From contig OW818650.1 of NCBI GenBank assembly GCA_942492865.1, forward strand, positions 1,960,564 through 2,024,563: a stretch of 64,000 bases of DNA, read 5' to 3'. The translations under genes were made by a program, and so were the position numbers. Numbering within the stretch: the stretch's first letter is position 1; each line of letters starts with the position of its first letter. Source of the stretch: an uncultured Bacteroidales bacterium. Its GTDB lineage: Bacteria > Bacteroidota > Bacteroidia > Bacteroidales > VadinHA17. Positions 20,364 to 28,800 of this stretch are shown here, one piece after another. Under the pieces are notes generated by a model. The model did no database searches and was not told the DNA's origin. It was given only the letters and a program-made list of their open reading frames with translations.

Positions 20364-20715
20364 ATGATATAATAAAGCGATTCTTTACCAGATTAAGAAA
20401 TTCCGGTCTGCCTCCTGACTTCCGACGAAATCAAAATTTAGTATGGTTGAAATTTTCAATTATTACCTCATGTAGGGGAGAAATTCCCCTCCTTGGAGGG
20501 GTTAGGGGTGTAGCCGTCAACCTAAGGGTTTGGGGATGTATTTATATTATTGATATTGTGAATTATATGCGATATAGTCTCCCCTCCTTTGCCAAAAGGA
20601 GGGGTGGCCGGGCTACAATTTCACTTTTGTGTAAAAAGGTCTTTCCCGGCCGGGGTGGTTAGATAAAATTAAATTGTAACTTCTCTCTATGAAAGGCACC
20701 AACCTTCATACATAT

Positions 20716-21075
20716 TAATTACAACCTCTTTTACATTCATGGTGGACACGATGGTGAGATGTCATGCGGTGCATATCAATTACAACCTCTTTTAAGTTCA
20801 TGGTAAACATGATTGTGGGATCCCTTGCTGCGATTACAAATTGCAATCTCTTTAAAGTTCCTGGTGAACGCGATAATGAGATCCCTTGCTTCGTATATTA
20901 ATTGCAACCTCCTTTAACATTCATGGTGAATGCGATTATGAGATCCCTTGCTATGCATATTAATTACAACCTCTTTTAAATTCATGGTAAACATGATTGT
21001 GGGATCCCTTGCTGCGATTACAAATTGCAATCTCTTTAAAGTTCCTGGTGAACGCGATAATGAGATCCCTTGCTG
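20716..21075 (+). repeat. Tandem array of six ~61-bp units (consensus about GAGATCCCTTGCTGCGATTACAAnTTGCAACCTCTTTAAAGTTCATGGTGAACGCGATAAT)
   Basis: The CATGGT/CCTGGT landmark recurs at 20738, 20799, 20860, 20922, 20983 and 21044 (period 61-62). Units 2-3 are repeated as units 5-6. Confidence 0.9.
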
Positions 21076-21300
21076 CGCTGCGGGATGACATGCGCTTTTT
21101 GGGGTTATGGGGTGAAAAAGTGGCGATCCGCTACATAGTTCTTTATTGAATGATCGTTCCGGATCGCCACTTTTTCACCCTCTCAACCACCTGTGCAGCT
21201 GTCATTTCGAAGCGATAGCGAGAAATCTCACTATAACAGGCAGGACTTTTTAAGTGAACCTCTTCAACATTCATGGTGAACACGACAGTGAGATCCCTTG
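20857..21300 (+). repeat. Copy 1 of a ~444-bp near-identical direct repeat
   Basis: The same string recurs at 21391-21835 with only about three differences that I can see (ataatgag/ataataag, cctcctttaac/cctcttttaac, caccctctc/cacccctctc). Confidence 0.9.
21062..21229 (+). repeat. Nested double-hairpin element (copy A)
   Basis: Outer imperfect inverted repeat GAGATCCCTTGCTGCGCTGCGGGATGACA (21062-21090) pairs with TGTCATTTCGAAGCGATAGCGAGAAATCTC (21200-21229). Inner perfect 20-bp inverted repeat GGTGAAAAAGTGGCGATCCG (21111-21130) pairs with CGGATCGCCACTTTTTCACC (21160-21179). Confidence 0.9.
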
Positions 21301-21390
21301 CTTCGCATATTAATTGCATCCTCCTTTAACATTCATTGTTAAGGCGACAGTGAGATTCCAATCCTGGTTTCATATTACGACCTCCTTAAA

Positions 21391-21835
21391 GTTCCTGGTG
21401 AACGCGATAATAAGATCCCTTGCTTCGTATATTAATTGCAACCTCTTTTAACATTCATGGTGAATGCGATTATGAGATCCCTTGCTATGCATATTAATTA
21501 CAACCTCTTTTAAATTCATGGTAAACATGATTGTGGGATCCCTTGCTGCGATTACAAATTGCAATCTCTTTAAAGTTCCTGGTGAACGCGATAATGAGAT
21601 CCCTTGCTGCGCTGCGGGATGACATGCGCTTTTTGGGGTTATGGGGTGAAAAAGTGGCGATCCGCTACATAGTTCTTTATTGAATGATCGTTCCGGATCG
21701 CCACTTTTTCACCCCTCTCAACCACCTGTGCAGCTGTCATTTCGAAGCGATAGCGAGAAATCTCACTATAACAGGCAGGACTTTTTAAGTGAACCTCTTC
21801 AACATTCATGGTGAACACGACAGTGAGATCCCTTG
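21391..21835 (+). repeat. Copy 2 of the ~444-bp near-identical direct repeat
   Basis: See copy 1. The offset is 534-535 bp. Confidence 0.9.
21596..21765 (+). repeat. Nested double-hairpin element (copy B, inside duplicate 2)
   Basis: Same sequence as copy A apart from one extra C after the inner stem. Confidence 0.9.
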
Positions 21836-22145
21836 TACGACTTTTCTCTTCGTTGGCGCCAATTTGAAATTGGTGCCCTGCATTTCAAATAATTTTTTGC
21901 TCCTTATTCTATCCCCGGAGACTGAATGTAACTGTGCAAATAGGAACTGCAATACGTTAAAAATAAAAGGCATCAATTGCAAATTGGCGCCAGAAGTGTA
22001 TTAGATCCCTTGCTGCTCTGTGGGTTGACATCAATTTTTGGGTAGCTTTAATGGTTTTTAATCTGCATTTAATTTATATTTAATCATCTTTTAATAAAGA
22101 AATTTTATCATTGTATTTTGAAAAACCTCCTTTAAACAAAATGTT

Positions 22146-22994
22146 ATGAAAGACCATGCAATTACTTATGTCGGGGTCGGCATCATTTCACTACTTCTCT
22201 TTACAACGATTTTTGGATTCGTTTCAAATTCCAAAAATAAGCGTAACCTGATGGAGGAAATGAAAAAGACCGAAAACCTTCAGACTGAAAACCGGATGGT
22301 ACAGGAAGAGCTGGATAAGCTCAGAACTGTTTACGCTGCTCTTCAGATAAGAGATGACTCAGCACATAAGCGAATAGCTGAGAATGCATTAACCATTTCA
22401 GAAAGAGACCGGCGTATTGCTGCTCTGTCAAGGTCAAATGCCAGCCTGAATGAAACCACTGAAGAACTGAAACAGCTTCAGGCCGATAACTCGGAACTTC
22501 AGAGTAACCTGTCGGCCCTTAAACAGGAACATGAAACATTACTTGCCCGGAACGAGGAATTGCAGAAAACAATTCAGGATATAGAGACACAAAGAAAAGA
22601 AATTATCACCCGGTTTGCCCAATCGGAAACTTATGCATCTGATAACTTTTCAGTATATGCCACCCGAGGCAAAAATGACAGGCTGGTTGCTAAAGCCCGG
22701 TGTGCACAAAAGCTGAATGTTAATTTTGAGGTGCCTCAGAATCTGAACGATTCAGTCAGCTTTCAGATAATCTCTCCAACAGGAGAATTGATCAATCCGG
22801 CAAATAAGGGCCTGTCCTGGACTTTCTCCGATCCACTGAATCTCACAGCTGGTTTGCAGGGTGGCCCGGCTCAGTCGGGCAGGAAGGTTGATCTGGAATA
22901 CAAACCTGAAGAAAAACTTGTTAAAGGTGAATATCAGATAAGGATAACAAGCAACAATATGAATATTGGTAATTGCCGGTTACTGTTAAAATGA
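22146..22994 (+). CDS. Membrane-anchored coiled-coil protein, function unknown
   Basis: An N-terminal TM helix (VGVGIISLLLFTTIFGFV), about 130 aa of heptad-rich coiled coil (LQTENRMVQEELDKL...LQADNSELQSNLSALKQEHETLLARNEELQKTIQDIE), then a beta-rich C-terminal domain. Confidence 0.6.
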   Translation: MKDHAITYVGVGIISLLLFTTIFGFVSNSKNKRNLMEEMKKTENLQTENRMVQEELDKLRTVYAALQIRDDSAHKRIAENALTISERDRRIAALSRSNASLNETTEELKQLQADNSELQSNLSALKQEHETLLARNEELQKTIQDIETQRKEIITRFAQSETYASDNFSVYATRGKNDRLVAKARCAQKLNVNFEVPQNLNDSVSFQIISPTGELINPANKGLSWTFSDPLNLTAGLQGGPAQSGRKVDLEYKPEEKLVKGEYQIRITSNNMNIGNCRLLLK

Positions 22995-23076
22995 TATGAT
23001 ATCCTTTTTTTGAATTTCCCGGTACCGGACTCTGTTTGCCTTTTACATTAAACAAAACAAACCGATACCTTAAGAT

Positions 23077-24003
23077 TTAAAATTTCTGATTATCTATTTG
23101 ATTGCCCCGGGCTGCATTTTCAACCCGGGCATCTTTATTTTCAACCTCCTTGTTAATATGATAGATAACTCTCTGCGGAAAAGGAATTTCAATCCCTTCC
23201 CTGTCGAATGCCACCTTGATCCGCCGGCGCAATTCGCCTGATACTTCCCATTGTTTGAGCGGCTTTGTATCTCCGACAACCTTCAAAATAATGGCAGAAT
23301 CGCCGAATTCATTTACCCGCAAAAATCTTGGTTGTGTTATAAGATAATCTTTAAAAACGGGATCTTGTGCCAGTTCTTCACCGGTTTTATTTATTACGCT
23401 TATCACATGATCGAGATCCGAGTCGTAGGCTACACTTATGTCGAGGTTGACCCGTGCAAAGTTTTTTGAGAGATTCGAAACCATCTTTATCTCACCATGC
23501 GGGATAAAATGAACTGTGCCATCCATATCCCTCAGTGTTGTGATTCTAAGTGTTATGTCTTCAACAAGACCTCCAGTGCCATTGAGTTGCACAACATCTC
23601 CAATCCGGTACTGATTTTCAAGAATAAGAAAGAGTCCGGTAATAATGTCCCTAATGAGATATTGCCCTCCAAAGCCCAGAGCAAGTCCAGCTATTCCTGC
23701 GCCTGCCAGAAGAGGAGCGATATCGAGGTCAGCTTCTTTTAATACCATCAGCAGCGCCATTATTGTAATCGCAATGGAAATGGAAACAGTGAGAATGCGT
23801 ATGAGGGTATTCTCCCGCATTTTTTCGGCTTCCACAGTCATGGTGCTGTCACGCACCACTGCCACCCTTACAGCCCTGGTTATTAATCTGATCTGGATTA
23901 TGTTCAGGATATAAGCTGCAACAATTATAAAAACAATCCGTATCCCGTGTTTTAAAAGCCAGGGAACAACAGGCATTACCAAATCGGTTAGTTTGTCTTC
24001 CAT
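23077..24003 (-). CDS. mscS: Small-conductance mechanosensitive channel (MscS family)
   Basis: Three TM helices followed by the MscS beta-domain pattern YRIGDVVQLNGTGGLVEDITLRITTLRDMDGTVHFIPHGEI. Confidence 0.85.
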   Translation of the reverse strand: MEDKLTDLVMPVVPWLLKHGIRIVFIIVAAYILNIIQIRLITRAVRVAVVRDSTMTVEAEKMRENTLIRILTVSISIAITIMALLMVLKEADLDIAPLLAGAGIAGLALGFGGQYLIRDIITGLFLILENQYRIGDVVQLNGTGGLVEDITLRITTLRDMDGTVHFIPHGEIKMVSNLSKNFARVNLDISVAYDSDLDHVISVINKTGEELAQDPVFKDYLITQPRFLRVNEFGDSAIILKVVGDTKPLKQWEVSGELRRRIKVAFDREGIEIPFPQRVIYHINKEVENKDARVENAARGNQIDNQKF

Positions 24004-24036
24004 TTGTCATTTAAATTATAAGGCTCACCTCGCTGA

Positions 24037-25218
24037 TTAAAGTGATCCATAACACATTTTTCCGCGGCCCATTACCGCTTTTATGAAAAAGTCATTATCC
24101 AGAAAGACAAGATCAGCATCTTTACCTGGTGCAATTGAGCCTTTACGGTCGAACACATTCATCATTCTTGCAATATTTGCCGATGCCATATTTACAGCAT
24201 CAAGCCTGGAGATCCCGGTAAAATTGATAAGGTTCCTTACCATCTGGTCAACCGGGGTTATTGATGATGCGAATGCCGACCTGTCGGGAACCATTGCCAC
24301 GCCGTCGACAATAATTGCCTCCTGCCCGCAGGTGTAAATTGTTCCGCCTTCGGGCCGGCCGGCACCGCGATTTGCATCGGAGCATACCATAATCATTTTT
24401 TTGCCTTTGCATTTTACGGCAAGCTGCATAAGTTCGTCGGGAAGGTGCTTCCTGTCAGCAATAATCTCGGTGTAAAGCGTATCGATATTTAATGAAGCTT
24501 CAAGCATACCCGATATGCGATAAGGTCCTTCCCTGTGAATGGTCGACATTGCACTGAAAAGGTGTGTTGTCATATTCATTCCGAGTGAATGAGCTTCGCG
24601 AACCTGCTCATAAGTAGCATCTGAATGTCCGCCTGAAATAACTATCCCCATTTCGGCCAGTCTCCTGATTTTTGACATGTTGGAGCCTATCTCCGGGGCG
24701 ATGGTTATTCTTTTTATAATATCACTGTACCTCTCCACAATTCCGAAATTCTCTTCGGTCATCTCGAGGATGTACTGTTCAGCCTGGCATCCCTTAAACT
24801 TTGGATTTATAAAAGGACCCTCCATGTGGAGACCCATTATCTCTAGTCCCTCACCGTTGTCTTCTTCCATTACCTGCTTTACGCACTCAAATGCTTTTTC
24901 AATTTTTGCCAGAGGGTCTGCTGATGTCGATGGATATAAAGAGGTGACTCCGCGTGTAACATAAAAATCTGCCATTCCCCTTACCGCTTCAACGGTTCCA
25001 TCGTTGCAATCGAAACCGTTACCTCCGTGGCAGTGGGAATCCATATAGCCCGGGGCCGTTATTGCACCTTTTGCATCGATAACATTGTATTCCTTTTCGT
25101 TTATAAGGGGAAGATCCTTCCCGAAAGATTCAATTTTTTTGTTATTTGTAATAATATAGCCCGATTGGATTACAGACGATTCCAGGTAGATATCGGTGTT
25201 TTTTATCAGTGTCTTCAT
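24037..25218 (-). CDS. nagA: N-acetylglucosamine-6-phosphate deacetylase
   Basis: Amidohydrolase with PGYMDSHCHGG, the NagA-typical ISGGHSDATYEQ, and FNAMS-like LFSAMS motifs. 393 aa. Confidence 0.85.
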   Translation of the reverse strand: MKTLIKNTDIYLESSVIQSGYIITNNKKIESFGKDLPLINEKEYNVIDAKGAITAPGYMDSHCHGGNGFDCNDGTVEAVRGMADFYVTRGVTSLYPSTSADPLAKIEKAFECVKQVMEEDNGEGLEIMGLHMEGPFINPKFKGCQAEQYILEMTEENFGIVERYSDIIKRITIAPEIGSNMSKIRRLAEMGIVISGGHSDATYEQVREAHSLGMNMTTHLFSAMSTIHREGPYRISGMLEASLNIDTLYTEIIADRKHLPDELMQLAVKCKGKKMIMVCSDANRGAGRPEGGTIYTCGQEAIIVDGVAMVPDRSAFASSITPVDQMVRNLINFTGISRLDAVNMASANIARMMNVFDRKGSIAPGKDADLVFLDNDFFIKAVMGRGKMCYGSL

Positions 25219-25298
25219 AAGTTTTATTTTAATTCATAAGCGTTCTAAAAATACGAACTTTTTACGAATATGCCAATGACCTGGACCATTGGCTGAGT

Positions 25299-25453
25299 CA
25301 ATCCGTTTATAATCAGCGTTCTCCGCGAGTCATTTGTTCAAACCTGAACAAAATTTTTACCACGGATTCCACAGATGCCACAGACAGAATCATGGGTTTC
25401 ATTATTTGAAAAAATCCGTGCTCTACCCGTGTTCTCCGCGCAATCCGTGGTAA
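25299..25453. repeat. AATCCGTGG-type hairpin/direct-repeat element in the adhesin 5' region
   Basis: A 12-bp perfect inverted repeat: TTACCACGGATT (25357-25368) and AATCCGTGGTAA (25442-25453). GTTCTCCGCG occurs twice (25318, 25431) and AATCCGT four times. Confidence 0.7.
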
Positions 25454-25811
25454 AAAAAATAATTATCATCAGAGATCCGGAATTCTGTAACTTCACAGTT
25501 CAAAGTTGTGAATCCCGGGTTAGAATCGTTAGAATACTTTATACAAGTTTTTTAACAGGCCGGGGGAGCATATTTCATGAAAAAACTGATTTGTAAAAAA
25601 ACTCCGGTTTTCAAAAAATATTGTTTACGGATGAATTAACTTAATTCGTCAAAAAATTTCTTATATTTTCCACAAAACAATTACTTTCGGATTTGCTCAG
25701 TAAGTGTGACTGAGGGGGCGAAAGCATGCCATGTCCCGATCATCAATTCGATCTATTAAAGAGATAACTCGTTGAATTTCATAGTATCGTAAAAAGCCAT
25801 TCAGCAAATTC

Positions 25812-28800
25812 ATGAAAAGGTCATTATTTCAGAAGTACATTCTTCTGTGTTTGCTTAACGTCTTTTCTTTACTTCTTTCGGCTCAGATACCGACCCCATT
25901 TACAGTTACAGGTAGTGGCTCATATTGCGTGGGGTCTGGTGGATTAGCTGTCGGTCTTGATAATTCTCAAGCAGATGTCCTCTATACCCTTTACCGGGAC
26001 GGAACAGCTCAACCGGATCCTGTTCCCGGTAGTGGTTCATCTATCTCCTTCGGAAACCAACTTTTCGGGACCTATACCGTGATCGGAGTAAATGGGGATG
26101 GAACTTCCGGAATGAATGGCAGTGCTGTTATAATTGAAAATCCTATTCCTCCCGCTCCCTCAGGCAGCGCAATACAGACCTTCTGCTCGGGCGCTTTGCC
26201 GACGGTGACCAATCTCACCGTAACCGGAACTGGCATCAGATGGTATGATGCCTTAACCGGTGGAAACCTTCTTACTTCTTCAGCAGCGCTGGTCAACGGA
26301 TCACATTATTTTGCAAGTCAGACTGTGGATGGATGCGAAAGTAATCTCAGGCTCGATGTAACCGCAGTTGTAAATACAACGCCTCCTGCTCCGACTGGGG
26401 TCTCATCACAAACTTTCTGCTCGGGCGCTTTGCCGACGGTGACCAATCTCGCCGTAACCGGAACTGGCATCAGATGGTATGATGCCTTAACCGGGGGAAA
26501 CCTTCTTGCTTCCTCAACAGCGCTGGTCAACGGATCTCATTATTTTGCAAGTCAGACTGTGGATGGATGCGAAAGTAATCTCAGGCTCGATATAACTGCA
26601 ATTGTAAACACAACTCCTTCCGCTCCCGCTGGCAGCGCAATACAGACCTTCTGCTCGGGCGCTTTGCCGACGGTGACCAATCTCGCCGCAACAGGAACTG
26701 GTATCAGATGGTATGATGCCTTAACCGGTGGAAACCTTCTTGCTTCTTCTACAGCGCTGGTCAACGGATCTCATTATTTTGCAAGTCAGACTGTGGATGG
26801 ATGCGAAAGTAATCTCAGGCTCGATATAACTGCAATTGTAAACACAACTCCTTCCGCTCCCGCTGGCAGCGCAATACAGACCTTCTGCTCGGGCGCTTTG
26901 CCGACGGTGACCAATCTCGCCGCAACAGGAACTGGTATCAGATGGTATGATGCCTTAACCGGTGGAAACCTTCTTGCTTCTTCTACAGCGCTGGTCAACG
27001 GAACTCATTATTTTGCAAGCCAGACTGTGGATGGATGCGAAAGTAATCTCAGGCTCGATGTAACTGCAATTGTAAACACAACTCCTTCCGCTCCCGCAGG
27101 CAGCGCAACACAAACCTTCTGCTCGGGCGCTTTGCCGACGGTGACCAATCTCACCGTAACCGGAACTGGCATCAGATGGTATGATGCCTTAACCGGTGGA
27201 AACCTTCTTACTTCTTCAGCAGCGCTGGTCAACGGATCTCATTATTTTGCAAGCCAGACTGTGGATGGATGCGAAAGTAATCTCAGGCTCGATGTAACCG
27301 CAGTTGTAAATACAACGCCTCCCGCCCCCACTGGAATCTCAACACAGACCTTCTGCTCGGGCGCTTTGCCGACAGTGACCAATCTCGCCGCAACAGGAAC
27401 TGGCATCAGATGGTATGATGCCTTAACCGGGGGAAACCTTCTTGCTTCTTCTACAGCGCTGGTCAACGGAAGTCACTATTTTGCAAGCCAGACTGTGGAT
27501 GGATGCGAAAGTAATCTCAGGCTCGATGTAACTGCAATTGTAAACACAACTCCTTCCGCTCCCGCTGGCAGCGCAATACAGACCTTCTGCTCGGGCGCTT
27601 TGCCGACGGTGACCAATATCGCCGCAACAGGAACTGGTATCAGATGGTATGATGCCTTAACCGGTGGAAACCTTCTTACTTCTTCTACAGCGCTGGTCAA
27701 CGGATCACATTATTTTGCAAGTCAGACTGTGGATGGATGCGAAAGTAATCTCAGGCTCGATATAACTGCAATTGTAAACACAACTCCTTCCGCTCCCGCA
27801 GGCAGCGCAACACAAACCTTCTGCTCGGGCGCTTTGCCGACGGTGACCAATCTCACCGTAACCGGAACTGGCATCAGATGGTATGATGCCTTAACCGGTG
27901 GAAACCTTCTTACTTCTTCAGCAGCGCTGGTCAACGGATCTCATTATTTTGCAAGCCAGACTGTGGATGGATGCGAAAGTAATCTCAGGCTCGATGTAAC
28001 CGCAGTTGTAAATACAACGCCTCCCGCCCCCACTGGAATCTCAACACAGACCTTCTGCTCGGGCGCTTTGCCGACAGTGACCAATCTCGCCGCAACAGGA
28101 ACTAGTATCAGATGGTATGATGCCTTAACCGGGGGAAACCTTCTTGCTTCTTCTACAGCGCTGGTCAACGGATCACATTATTTTGCAAGTCAGACTGTGG
28201 ATGGATGCGAAAGTAATCTCAGGCTCGATGTAACCGCAGTTGTAAATACAACGCCTCCTGCTCCGACTGGGGTCTCATCACAAACTTTCTGCTCGGGCGC
28301 TTTGCCGACGGTGACCAATCTCACCGTAACCGGAACTGGCATCAGATGGTATGATGCCTTAACCGGTGGAAACCTTCTTACTTCTTCAGCAGCGCTGGTC
28401 AACGGAAGTCACTATTTTGCAGGCCAGACTGTGGATGGATGCGAAAGTAATCTCAGGCTCGATGTAACCGCAGTTGTAAATACAACGCCTCCCGCCCCCA
28501 CTGGAATCTCAACACAGACCTTCTGCTCGGGCGCTTTGCCGACAGTGACCAATCTCGCCGCAACAGGAACTAGTATCAGATGGTATGATGCCTTAACCGG
28601 GGGAAACCTTCTTGCTTCTTCTACAGCGCTGGTCAACGGATCACATTATTTTGCAAGTCAGACTGTGAATGGATGCGAAAGTTCATCAAGGCTCAATATA
28701 ACTGCAGTTGTTAACATCACCCCGGTTATTCCCAATCAGACAACAGCAATTTTAACAGGAACAACATTTACCATAACACCTGAAGGAGCCGGTGTCCCGG

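Larger units (their letters stand above)
20420..22035. repeat. Gene-free repeat field (satellite units, nested hairpins, CCCCTCC hairpins)
   Basis: 1.7 kb between 20363 and 22146 with no credible ORF, made of the sub-elements listed separately below. Confidence 0.9.

Noticed and set aside
20716-21835. Possible CRISPR array, suggested by regularly spaced ~61-bp periodic repeats
   Set aside because: The whole 61-bp unit is semi-conserved. The only variable part is about 10-12 nt and itself recurs (TGCGATTACAAA, TTCGTATATTAA, TATGCATATTAA), so there are no unique spacers. No cas genes lie in the window. It is a satellite or tandem repeat.
25357-25453. Invertible promoter (phase-variation switch) upstream of the adhesin gene
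   Set aside because: The inverted repeat is only 12 bp. No TAnnTTTG promoter box lies between the arms, and no site-specific recombinase is encoded nearby.
26072-28636. Eleven antisense ORFs of 70-74 aa (MTSA(A/V)EE(V/A)RRFPPVKASYHL...) spaced every 234 bp
   Set aside because: They are the reverse-strand shadow of the adhesin's 234-bp repeats. Their identical periodicity and full overlap with a strongly supported 1900-aa CDS mark them as an ORF-caller artefact.
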